The notes beneath the pieces are model-generated. The model was given only the letters and a program-made list of their open reading frames with translations, was not told where the DNA came from and ran no database searches. This document shows positions 38,001 through 49,853 of a stretch of DNA of 64,000 nucleotides, in pieces; the first letter of the stretch is position 1; the number at the start of each line of letters is the position of its first letter. Position numbers and translations under genes: made by a program. The stretch is from Glaucostegus cemiculus. Lineage: Eukaryota. The DNA lies in NCBI GenBank assembly GCA_976551045.1, contig CDPCPM010000213.1, positions 11,408,001 to 11,472,000 of the forward strand. The letters are read 5' to 3'.

Positions 38001-40360
38001 ACAGATGACTAATTTCCAATCCAGTCCATTTCTCACGAGAAATGTAATCCTATCCAATTTCCAGAGTGAAATACAACCACCACCATGTTTTTATGTTGAA
38101 TCGTGTCATAATGGAAATTTGGCTAGCTATGAAAATGTGCATTAATCTCAGAAAAGAATGTGCATTTGCTCAATACACCTGTCATGAGTGATCAGCATAA
38201 TGGATTGCTTATTCTAGCTTTGTACCTCAACTGTACAGCACCAAAGCTCCCCACCTAAAACCAGCAGATGTGATAAAACAAATACAAGGGTAGCCAGTCT
38301 TCACACTGGAGAAGGCAGATTTGCTAACTAATTTTTATACAATAGACATGACTGTCCTGGTCTACCTGGTCCAATATTTCCAGGTAGAAAACAATTTCAA
38401 AATCAAAGGATTCTTCCACTGTTAAAAATGAAATATAAAAATATCAGCTTGGAATGGGGGTCAGTGACAAAGAAGCAATGTTTTCCCACACCATTGTGGT
38501 ATCTTTACAGAGAATCTGTGGTGTGGGTAAACAGGGGAAAAAAACAAATTGACTCTATACCAGATTTCATGCCCTCGTTATGTTATTATTCCATTTGGAG
38601 ACTAAACAAGAACATGAAGTTTGAACATTAAATGCACTGTAATTTATAAAACTTACTATATTAATTTATACTGCCATCTACCTGTTCTACTATTTGCAGG
38701 TCCCTGTCTACTCATTCCGCTATTTGTGGAGGTCTATGCCCTCTGCTTCTCTCTGCTTGTTTTGGCATTCCATAAGTAGGAGTCAACCGGAATTCTTGAT
38801 TTGGCAGTTATACATGGAAAATCCAGATATCACCCAAGTATCCCACTTGGGATCCAGCCTATTAACGCAATATTGAAATCTAACCCTTTTGATTTCTCTT
38901 TTGTCTCCCTCTCTACTCTTACACTACATTTCTTGAACTTGAATGTGACTTTGTGTGGACTCCATTGTGAACAAACAAAAGTACATATATATAAACTACG
39001 CAATCACTTTCACTGTGGTTCACAGAGTTCAAACCAGGAAGTATAAAGAAGTATAGTAAGTTCTATAATTTTCAATGCAGTTAATGTTCAAACTTAATGC
39101 CCTGTTTAAACTCCAAATGGAATAATGGCATAACGAGGGCATGAAATCAGATATTTAGAGCCAATTTGTTGTTTTTCCCTGTTTACCCACACCACAGATT
39201 CTCTGTAAAGATACCACACTGGTGTGGTCAAACTTTGTTTCTTTGTCACTGACCCCCATTCCAAGCTGATATTTTTATATTTCATTTTTAACAGTGGAAG
39301 AAATCTTTGATTTTGAAATTGCTTTTTGAATCTTTATCTGTTGTGGGATATCTTTGGCACTACAATGTCTCCCATATGACCATGCTGCTGAAAGATTGGA
39401 ACATACTCAGCCCTATGATTTATATGAAATACCAATACTAGAGCTAGCTAGTTCTGCAGTACTCCAGGGAATAATTGATGGTTGAGCAGCTCATTAATAG
39501 GATTTGGAATAGGAGCCTGAGACACTTCACTTTCAACATTGTGATGGATAAGGATGTTCTTTCTGGAAAAACAGTTGGACAATAGGTTTGACAGTGAACA
39601 AAATTTCAGATATAATCTCTTGAATGTGCCCGCTTGAAGAAAGCTCAGGTCCACATTAATATTACATTACTACTTGATGTAGCAGAGTATGTACTAATGT
39701 GTTAGATGTATCAAATTGATTACAAAGTGATTTATTTAAATACATTAACTTTTGAGCAAGACTTTTGAATTTCTCCTGCTGAGTTTGGGTTGGATGTATC
39801 TTATGAGTGTGAATAGTTGTTCTAAGTCAAAATGTGAAAATCTATAATGTACTTCATATTTAAGTGTTACAATTTAAGTTATTCAGCTTCTATCATCGTA
39901 CTTGTCATCTTTAACTTGTAAAATTGGAAACTTCCAGCAAAAGTTTTACAAGCTTAGTATTTTATATGCAATAGGATCATTCCAGTGAAATATATGATGG
40001 CTATCTGATCTTCTGGTCTGAGAGCTAGTCAAAGAAAAAACATTTGACAAGCTTGCATTGTACTTGGTTCATTATAGTGCAGGCACTTGCACACACAATC
40101 TTCAAAGAATTATGTGCAATCATGGCTTGCTTCATGGCACTTTGATTTTATAACTTGGCTTTTGCAATCTGTTAAACTGCTTTTTAACATGCAATAAAGA
40201 AATTAAAATTCAAAACCCTAGATTGAGATGTTGTAACGAATACTATGTATGTGACAATGAAAATGTACTGATTAGAGAATATTCACCATTTGTTCAGTAA
40301 TGTAATAGTGTTACGAAGTACCTTACTATAGGCAAATATCCCTTTAAGATGTAACAAAAT

Positions 40361-40378
40361 TGGGGGCTCGTCCGGGAT
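40361..40378 (+). promoter_or_regulatory. tRNA-Pro primer-binding site TGGGGGCTCGTCCGGGAT
   Basis: 18-nt match to the classic tRNA-Pro PBS (as in MLV), 4 nt after an LTR-end-like GTAACA (40351-40356). Confidence 0.9.
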
Positions 40379-40393
40379 CTGAAAAAAAAAATT

Positions 40394-41073
40394 TGTTACG
40401 AAACCAGCAACAAAAGAAGCACACCAAGTCATACTTCAGTGTTAAAACTACTTTATTAATAACTACATCCGATAATACATAAAATAAGAATAAAAAGTTA
40501 GTATATTAGTACACAATAAAATGTTAGAATCTTAAACTATAACCCCAAAACTACTCGTCGTGTGTGTGTGGCAAGTTCCTAAACTCAAAGTCCAGGAATT
40601 AGTTCTTAAAGTTCAGTTTAGTAAGCCGTAAGATGAAACACGAATAAAGGCTTCTTCACAAGCACTGATCACCGAAGACAAAACATAGATATAGAGAGAG
40701 ATTAGAGAGGAATCACGAAATCCAAATGTTCTACTCGAAACTCAAACGACACTTCGGGGCTTACTCGGTAGTGACTTTCTCACCCTGAAAACTCCTTGAT
40801 CGTGACTGTCCATGCAAATACCTGTGTTCTTCTACAGGTTAGCAGCAAAGTGAATTCCATCACTTTGTTCCATAGTATCTGCCACTCTGAAGAGCATCCA
40901 AAATGTGGTTGTTCACGCAAACACCTGTGTCCTTCTACAGGCCACCGACAAAGTGAACTCCACTGAACCACTCCAGAAATCCATCCGTGGATTGTAGTGA
41001 CAAACACAGTTACTGTCCTTCATCCATCGACAGAAACAAAACAGGCTGCCATCTCTCCTTCTTCTTTCTCTCC

Positions 41074-41109
<36 letters not shown>

Positions 41110-41236
41110 TATCTTTTTTCTTTCTTGTAATGACCTCATCACGTTAGTCTTATCTTCTGTTGATGTAATACGTTGCACACACACACAATGTCCCATCTTA
41201 AAGGGATATTTGCCTATAGTAAGGTACTTCGTAACA
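40394..41236 (-). repeat. Complete 843-bp LTR (Ty3/Gypsy- or ERV-like), reverse orientation
   Basis: The minus strand reads TGTTACGAAG...GGTTTCGTAACA (TG..CA with short inverted termini). AATAAA (tttatt at 40452-40457) lies about 58 nt from its 3' end, and there are internal direct repeats and a (CT)n tract. Confidence 0.8.
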
Positions 41237-41419
41237 ATAGCAACTGATTTTTTGCAATTTCTGCAAATAAGAATATTATCATCAATTAGAATGATCAAAT
41301 TCTAGTCTAATATTCCTTGTTGTCTTTTGGCTCTGTGTGCAGCACACTAAAGTCACTTTTTAAGGAATAGCCACAAAGTTTGGTATTTGTCCCTGCAGTG
41401 ATAACATGAAGGGTTCTTG

Positions 41420-42010
41420 TCCTGCTCAGGGTACAATCTGATATCACTTGTTTCCTTGTAAAAATCTATGCCTCGTTTCTTAACCTGTTGCAGCTCTTAC
41501 CAACTTCCACCTATGTAAAATAACTTGACCTCCAGTACCTCAGCTTATCAGCTAACATTCTTTACTGTAGCTATTTTTAGATCTGTTTTAATCCTCTTCT
41601 GACCAGCCTCCTGTTCTCCACTATAAATGCCAGCTCACCAGGTCTGTTCTGTCCAAGCCCCTCTTATTTATCATTGTGTTCTCACTGACCTGCACTCAGT
41701 ACCTAAATTTTAAATTGACATATTTGTTTTTAAATGTACCTTGATCTCCCTGAATCCTCTATAAAAACAGTCATAACAACCAGGACAGCCAATTTAGTCA
41801 CACCGATATTGTAATCTTGACTTTGTTATCCTTGATCTCATTTTTTTTACTTTCTGCCACCACCCAACTCCATCCCTCAAAACTCTACTGGCCACAGCCT
41901 TGTGTGTACTATCTTCCCTGCCTCAATCATTCACACCCATGTTGTCCCCTTACCAAATCTCTCCTCTTCATCTCTCAAACAATTCCTGAGCAACTACATC
42001 TTTGACCAGG
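41420..42010 (+). mobile_element. Old L2-like LINE 3' remnants
   Basis: tatcattgtgttctcactgacctgcactc...ttttaaattgacatatttgtttttaaa resembles the L2 ITPVL.DLHWLP...FKIL region. Confidence 0.45.
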
Positions 42011-42577
42011 TCTTTCAATCAGTGCTTTATTTTGACTTTGCGCCATGGTGCTGAAAAAGTGGAATGTATTCCTTTTACTTGGTCTAGCAAAGGTTAATTT
42101 GAGTTTGTGGAACCGTGAAAATGGGCATTGAGAGAACTACATCACACAGATTTTCCCAGTGGGACAATGAAGTGTACATTGGAATATGGAATTATAATGA
42201 GTACAGCTGAAGATGCAGGGCCTATTTTGTGGACCTAGAACAAGAAATAGTTTACCCATCACCTTAAATCATTAAAAAGGCAATGTCATAGTTCTTGAGT
42301 CTAGTAATTCAGAAAAATTTGTCCAGACAGAGTTTGCTTAATCATGAATTCTTTGGACTCTTTACACGTGTTTGATTTTGTGAAAGTAATAAAAAGCAGT
42401 GGAGGATAGATTGTGAAAATAAGGCAGGAGAGAGTGATGCTGAAAAATGTTGATTATGGTTACCACATCATTCTTTGGACCATTAGTGTGATTATTTCTT
42501 TGTCAAAATAAAATTTATTGTTAAGATTCATTTTTGTACCAAATAGTGGTGATATTTCATTAGTTTTATAAGTGAGT

Positions 42578-42775
42578 ATGTAGAACTGTACAGCACAGGA
42601 ACAGGCCCTTCGGCCCACAATGTTGTGCTGAACTAATTACATTAATGAAATGCCCAACTAAACTAATCCCTTCCACCTACACAATGTCCATATCCTACCA
42701 TTTCCCATGTGCCTCTTGAACACCCCTATCATATTTGCCTCCACCACCACAGTCAGCGCATTCCCGGCACCCTTG
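42578..42775 (-). mobile_element. CR1 3' tail, reverse strand
   Basis: tagaactgtacagcacaggaacaggcccttcggcccacaatgttgtgctgaac. Confidence 0.7.
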
Positions 42776-44304
42776 AAAGTTTAATTAAAAATGAATGGAA
42801 AATGGATAAAAGTTGATGTATTTTGCATCAAAATGTATAATTTTATTCCAGAAAAATGTAAGAGAGAGTAAACAGATTTCCCAAGGTTGTTCTTTGCATT
42901 TTATCCTGAAATTGATGATGTAACCTTTTACTAGCTTCTACAAAACCTGACAAATGCTTCCATTTTCTGAAATCTGACGTTCAAGTAGGTTAGCCTGAGA
43001 TGTAGTGTTTAAGTGTTTTTATGTTGGCATTGTTTCTGCTTAGACTTTGGGGAACTGGTATTAGCAAACTGGCTCATTCTGCTTAATACCCTGTAGTGTG
43101 CTTAGGTTTCTAGTTGAAAGATTCATAAGCTGTTTCTCAAGCACTCCAGTCACCTGCAACCAGTGTTTTAAATTAACAGAAGTCATACTGGCTTAGTTTG
43201 AGAAAGAAGATAGCTTGACAGATGGCAGACTCTTCATTCTGAGGAATGGAAAGAGCTCACAACATCAATCCCCTGCCTTATTTAAGAAAATTCTATTTTT
43301 GCTTCACTCAGTAAATGAATTTCTAGCATTCTTCACAAAAGGAATATTGCAATGCAATTTAAATATATAGGGTCCATTGGCAGGGAGTGAGGTGCATGTA
43401 GGGGAAGAGTGGCTGGAACACAGCTTGAAAGTGAGCACTTGATGTTCATGATGCTTAGCTTCAGATTGCACATTTTTTTAAGATGAGGAATGAAATTTTA
43501 TGCACTTGTAGCTTCTGTGTTAATTTGGGCTTAATCAAGCATGATTAATGACCTTTCCAAATGAAGGCTCTGGTTTTAATCAGTAATGTGTGCAGCCATT
43601 GCAGTAGATGCTATTGAATGCTTTTCTTAAAAATGAATTACTGCACAATTTGAGGCAGCTGTTCCATCTTGCTGCACATCTTTGTGATTTAGAGCCTCAA
43701 ATGTGGTTTGTGCACTGGTACAAATTATAGTTCACAACTCTTGCCAAATGACTACCCTGCGCTTGCTTCTGAGAAAGAAGATAGTATTATGTGTTTAAAT
43801 CATATTGTATTCCTAAATATGCACATCAGTTATCTACTTGGATATAACTTGCGCAGCAAGCAGAGATGCAAAATACTTGTATCATTGTTTGGGTGTTCAT
43901 AATGTTGTAGCTTTGTGTAGTAGTAAGCATTTGCACAATTAAATGTGTACATTTGAGCCTTAAGAAAGGCAAAATGCTGAACTGAATGAAAATAAGAGCT
44001 CTCTCTATCAATTCAGTATTTATATTAATTATAGCACTTCTTCAAATGCACTTACTTTGCTTTAAATATTTTAGTTCATTTTGACCCAGATGTTTGTTTT
44101 GGTGAGCAGATTACTTTTGTGCCCTCTATTGCCAGTGTTGGCTTGAGACATGAGCAGTTGTATCTACTTCACGATTCAATGATTTCATGTGCTTGATTAC
44201 CTTTAAAACGAACTGCAGGATCTCTCTCAAAGCAATGTAAATTCCTCTGCTGAGTGAAGAAAAGACCTTAATCTAAAATTTGCACTTCACACCTTGTGAT
44301 AATG

Positions 44305-44585
44305 CAGCCTGTCCCCATGTTACGAATGCCCGACTTGTGAACACCTTTGCATGTGAACTGGCTCCTATAATATTATGAAATTCAAAAGTCTGATACACGT
44401 ACACGCTAACAGCAGAACTATTTCTTTTGTCTCTCCACTTTTAGTAATTGTTCTTATCAGTCTTACACACTTTTGATGCCACTCTTTACAATACTGTGGA
44501 GGTACGGTTTCTGTATTGTGATTTATTTTCCAATTTATGAAAACGTATGTAAAAACAGAACCTGTTTGTTTCCTGGGTCTGTCTG
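44305..44585. mobile_element. Decayed Tigger/pogo-like MITE
   Basis: Imperfect TIRs cagcctgtccccatgttacgaa / ttgtttcctgggtctgtctg, followed by TA. Confidence 0.5.
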
Positions 44586-45790
44586 TAGTATAATTCTTGC
44601 CAAAGATCTATTCACTTTTCTGAATTCAGCACCTTCATTCTGAACACATCTGACACTTCTATAGAAATTTTGCTAGGTATATGTGTATAAAAAATGAATT
44701 AATGTTAAGTTGAAGATTTCCAAAGAAACTTTTCCTAATAAAATTAATTTTAGAATTGTAAATCAGCTAAATTATATCTACGGACTTATCACAGCATTAG
44801 ATAGTTAGATATTTTGTACAACTGTATGTGCTTAACTTCAGTAGTCTATCACCCACAGTGTCTGAATGACAGGCTTCAACTTATGCCAGCATTATCAGAA
44901 CCACTTTTTTTTTTAAAAAGAATGCTTCTAATGTTTTAAAGAAAATAGTGATTTTCATGTATCTTCTGTAAAGCAGTTTAAAATGCTGCCTATGTTATGC
45001 TACTTCTGAATTTTTAAATCTGAGTTGGTGAAAATTTACTGTGTCGTGATCTCTATACTGAATAGAATTCCTGTTTTTTTAAGCAAATATTTTGCAGGAA
45101 TAATGACACAAGTTGAAATGTTATTATCCCTGAATCTGTGTTCAAATCAGCTCAAGTGACTTGCATGAAAGTCTCACCCACTTCACCGTCCTTGCTGTCA
45201 GGATTCTACATCATGTGTTTGAACATTCTCCATCGATTTTCTAGTAGCTGGAGGGTCTTAATACAAAGCCACTTTTGGTAGAGAATATTGAATTGCCAAT
45301 TTTTATGGATTGCTGACACTGGAAACAGAAAAATTACATTCTTGTTTTTATGAGGATTATGCTACTCTTCTCTGGCTGAGTGGAGAAGACCTGCATTGCT
45401 TCTAGATATGGTTAGCTCAACCTGAGGCTTGATACTAACTCTAGGTTTTCAGATATGTAAAACAAAACTCGTATCCTACAGTCTTTTTTCCCTAAAGGTT
45501 TATCTTATTGTCATAGTTATTTGAGAATTTACATATTTTTCAGAATAGAATACAGACAGATTATGAGGGACACAAAAAAATGCATAAGAGTATCAGTTCC
45601 TCCAGTTCACAAAGTCCTGAATCATAATAGCTTAATTTATGCACCAAATACCATCTTTGTAAGGTATTACATATAATTAGGTATACTGACAAGAACCAAT
45701 GAGTAATTACTGGAAAAGTATAATTGCGTTACTTCTGACTTTTCTTCAGTCCAACATACTAATATTTTCCTTCCTTTTTCTCATTCTTAG

Positions 45791-45946
<156 letters not shown>

Positions 45947-46759
45947 TAGGCAAAGAACGAATATTCTGAAATCTGTCACTCAGGATTAGTAGAAAAACTA
46001 TATTTAGTCATTTGCTGAAGGCTTCAAAGTTTCAGATGTAACTCAAGTTCAGCCTTGGAAACTTTGTTATAAGAGATCTAAATGGCTTTGAACCATGAAT
46101 AATCTTTGATTTTTTTTTTCTTAACTATTCACTTTAGTTGGGTTCATGATTTCTTGACCAGTTTACGACATGACACAGGCAATTTGCACCATAAGGTCTG
46201 TCTTTTCCCAAGGAAACGGTCTAGGCACTCCATTCCACTTCCCTTCCTTATTTCCCTAATGTGCATACTCTATACAAATAGATGGCATCCAGCTTCAGGA
46301 TCAAACCTAAGTACCTAGAGCTGTGACACAACTGTGCTAATTGCTGCTCATTTTGACTTGGGAGATCAGATGGCTGAGTTGGTTTTACTGAAAGTAATTT
46401 TCCACAATTTAAACCCCTGCTACTGATGCTTTTTCTCATACCTGACAGAAAAGCCAACTTCCATGACATTTCTACTTTGTTCCAGAATATGTTGTGAAAA
46501 ATAAGGATGCAAAGATTTACAGATGGTCAGTACAAAAGCAGGCAATAAGATTGATCTATTATTTTGATGGCCAAAGCCAACTATTTCCACCTCCCATAAA
46601 TGTTGCTTATCTACACCCTGCCTCAGCCTACCTGATGATGAAACCCTCATCAATGTTTTACCTGCAGATGCAACTATTTTAATGGTGTTTGCACCTGCAC
46701 TGCATTCTGTCTTCTAAGCTATAGATTACCTAAGACCTTTCTCCCTTTGTTTATTTGCA

Positions 46760-47120
46760 CCAACCTTGTGTGCTCTGATCTACATTGATTGAAGCATTTT
46801 TTGATAAACAGCTTTAAAGTTCACAAACTTGTGTTCAAATGCTCCATGGCTTTGCATCTTCCTAATTACCTCTATCTCTTCAGTCCTCAAAACTTCATCC
46901 TCTTGTGGATCTGATTTCTTTCTACTCCACCATTGTGTTTAGCTGCCAATGCCATAAACACTGTAATTCCTGCCCTGAATACTTCTCCCTCCTTCACTTT
47001 GCCATGTTATTAGTTACCTGCCCTTTTGCTTCCTTGTGTGGCTTAGTGATGATTTTTGTTAAATTCTTTGAAGTAGTATGGGGCATTTTTCTTCATCAAA
47101 GAAGTTGTTTATATGCAAGT
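46760..47120 (+). mobile_element. Old L2-like LINE 3' remnant
   Basis: tgctctgatctacattg...tttaaagttcacaaacttgtgttcaaatgctccatggc...aattcctgccctgaa...gttgtttatatgcaagtt. Confidence 0.5.
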
Positions 47121-47539
47121 TTTTGAGTTGGGTTAGTCCACCCAACATTACTAGCTTCTAATTGCGCACCTCTAGGTCTGAATGGTTATTTCAAAAGATT
47201 AAGATGAAAACCTGAGATATTAATTTTACTTTATTTGTCAAAAAAACTTCTGTAAACATGTTTGGAAGAATAGTGTACCTACAGCATTTCTTTCCTTATA
47301 GTGGTAGCCCATGCACCTATAGAATTGCATCTCTGGTTTGAACCCATTATGACTATCTCCCAATAGCACATCAGAAGCGTCACATTTTTAATAAGTATAA
47401 TTGTAGAAGCTCTTGATACACTGACTTACCTTTGCAGGAGTAAATTTAGAGGATTAGTAGTTTTCCAATGCACAAGAAATTCCTTGGTTTCCCTGTATTA
47501 TTTGCAAAGTGCTATTTATTCAGGTTTTACATATAATTA

Positions 47540-48122
47540 AGGCCAATGGATTGTTGCCCTTTATTGCAAGGGAATGGAGTAAAACAGTAAGGAAGTCTTG
47601 CCACAGCTATGCTGGGCTTTGGTGAAGTGTGGTCTCTTGATTTAAGAAAGGACAGATTTCCTTAGTGATGGTGTAACAAAGGCGTACTAGATTGACTCCT
47701 AGAATGAGAGTCTGTCTCGTGAGGAAAGATTAAGCAGAATGGGCCTATTTTCAATTGAATTTAGAAGAGTGAGATTTACTCTAATAAAAATATAAAATCG
47801 TGAGGAGACCGCAAAATGATTGTTGTGAGGATTTTTCCCATAGTAGGGGAGTCCAAACTAGGAGGCATAAACTCAGGATAAGGTGTTGACCACAGAATAC
47901 TTAAGACTTTGGTCAGGAAGAATTCTATTTCTTGGTGTGAATCTTTGGAATTTTGTGGATGTGTGACTGTTAAGTATATTTGAAGCTGTGATAGTTGTGG
48001 GCAACAAGGTAGTTGAGGGTAGCGGGAATTAAGCAGGAAAATGGAGTTGAGGCCAAAGATCAGGTCAATTATAATTGAACAGCAAAGCTGACTGAAGGGG
48101 CAGCCAGTACACATTCCTATTT
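47540..48122 (+). mobile_element. CR1 3' fragment
   Basis: aggccaatggattgttgccctttattgcaagggaatggagtaaaacagtaaggaagtcttg...ggagttgaggccaaagatcag. Confidence 0.7.
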
Positions 48123-49441
48123 CGCTATGAGTTTACAACCTTCCAGTTTCAGAGTTCTATCTATCAGCTGGTTTCTATATTTCAGTTTTTTCTGTAACAA
48201 AATAATTCTTAGTTGGTGTCATAAATCATTTAATATTTCAAAAACAGAACCAGGTTCTCCCGTTTATTTTCTCTTAATTTCATTTCCTGCTCTGAATACA
48301 TAGAAAGTATTGTAGGTTACTGGTTAATCAAATACCAAGTTCCCCCTCTCGGTTTGGATGGCTGGGAGCAGAAGTACCCAGCAGAGTTGGGCCACTTCTC
48401 TAGAAGAAGCAAAAGTCACATGTGCTTGCCGTAAAGTGATTCAAAAGTTTAAATTGAACAATAGAGAGATTGTGTAACTGTAGTTCATTCAGCTGTTTTC
48501 ATATTACTGTTCTTATTTTCAAATATCATTTACTAGTTCTTTAATCTTGTTTTCATGTAAAGCTGTTCCCACTTCAAAATTAATCATATTTGGAAATTAC
48601 TCTCCTATTGTCTTTTGCTCCCCTTCATGGATGGTTGGATCATGGAAATTTTTATTGGTCATTGGTTATTCCACTTTATGTATTGACGCAGAAAAACTTC
48701 ACGGACCAGTTCCAATTTTCCGGCAGGTTCCACTTTTGGCTTGTCCTCTTTTTAAAATGTAGTTCCTAGTATCCATCTTTAAGATTCAAAACCAAGCCCT
48801 TCTTTTCAGACAGGAACATGAGTAACTGATTCATATATATTACTTTAAAAATGGCAGATACGGTGGACTTCTTTGTTTAGAACAGCATGAAAACAACTAA
48901 ATTTTTGGGAAAAAAAATGATCATGCTGTAAAAGTGTTAATAAATATGGCAAAGTTCATAAAATGTATATAGGTGAGTACAGAAGATTAAGCTATGTTGT
49001 CTCCCTCAGTTTAATACTATGCTGACTCTGCTTAACACTGAGGAATTACAGTAAAACATGTGCGTTGGTACTAATGGACTTATTTTTCGCAGACTTGCTT
49101 TTTAATATTAATAGGGTGAGCAAAGTTATATTTCTGCACTTCAGGAGAAGAAAATTTGTTGCGTTTTTTGGGTTGCGGAAAAAGTGGTTGTGGTGATTGC
49201 ATGGTAAGATGCTGATTAGATGAAGTCAAGGTTAGGTATTAAAAATCTGCAAATTCTTTGAGGAAGGGAAAGTTGATAGAGACAGAAACTCCACTGTTTA
49301 ACACTCATGGAATAAACAACATACTGATTTGTTAACTGTGAGACATTCCAGCAGCAAGATATTTTACTTCACTATATCAAGTTAATATTGTTAATTCCTT
49401 TCAATGAAAAAGTTTCAATTTCCATGCAACAAATTCACATA

Positions 49442-49853
49442 CCGTCAGTCCAAAATTGTCTTTGTTATGAATTGTGCTAGTTTAGCCGGAGCCTAATAAT
49501 ATCTGTGACATTGATTTTCACACGAATATCTAATGTTTGCAAATGTTATGGAATACTCTGATGACAAAATCTGTTCTACCTTGGATTTGATATTGTGGGG
49601 AGTGGGGGGGGGGGTGTATTGTGGTGGCTGTGTGTTCTTAGAAAATGGCCCAAGTTGTGATTTTTTTTTTCCACAACGCGAACCCTTGTCAGCTGGACAT
49701 GCTTCAAAAAACAAGATTTGGAAAAAAAATGTGTATTACCTTTTCCCCTGTATAACTTCCATAAGAGTGAATGCTATTCCATATCTCAAATTTTTGGGTA
49801 GTGATTTGTGTAGATTTCTGTTACCCAGACAGCCATAACAAGGGGGTTGCCTG
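49442..49853 (-). mobile_element. Tigger/pogo-like MITE, same family as 9728-9989 in the opposite orientation
   Basis: Ends ggggttgcctg|TA (reverse complement of TAcaggcaacc). ctcaaatttttgggtagtgatttgtg is nearly the reverse complement of cacaaatcactatccaaaaatttgag at about 9785. Left boundary uncertain. Confidence 0.65.

Larger units (their letters stand above)
40309..41236. mobile_element. LTR-retroelement-derived insertion with inverted architecture: collapsed LTR (+), PBS (+), full LTR (-); perfect 43-bp terminal inverted repeats and a 4-bp TSD
   Basis: 40309-40351 TGTTACGAAGTACCTTACTATAGGCAAATATCCCTTTAAGATG is the exact reverse complement of 41194-41236. ATAG flanks both sides (40305-40308 and 41237-41240). 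Confidence 0.9.

Noticed and set aside
41060-41110. (CTGT)n/(CT)n microsatellite and ORFs 40997..41305 / 41020..41298
   Set aside because: The simple repeat lies inside the LTR, and the ORFs are low-complexity artefacts.
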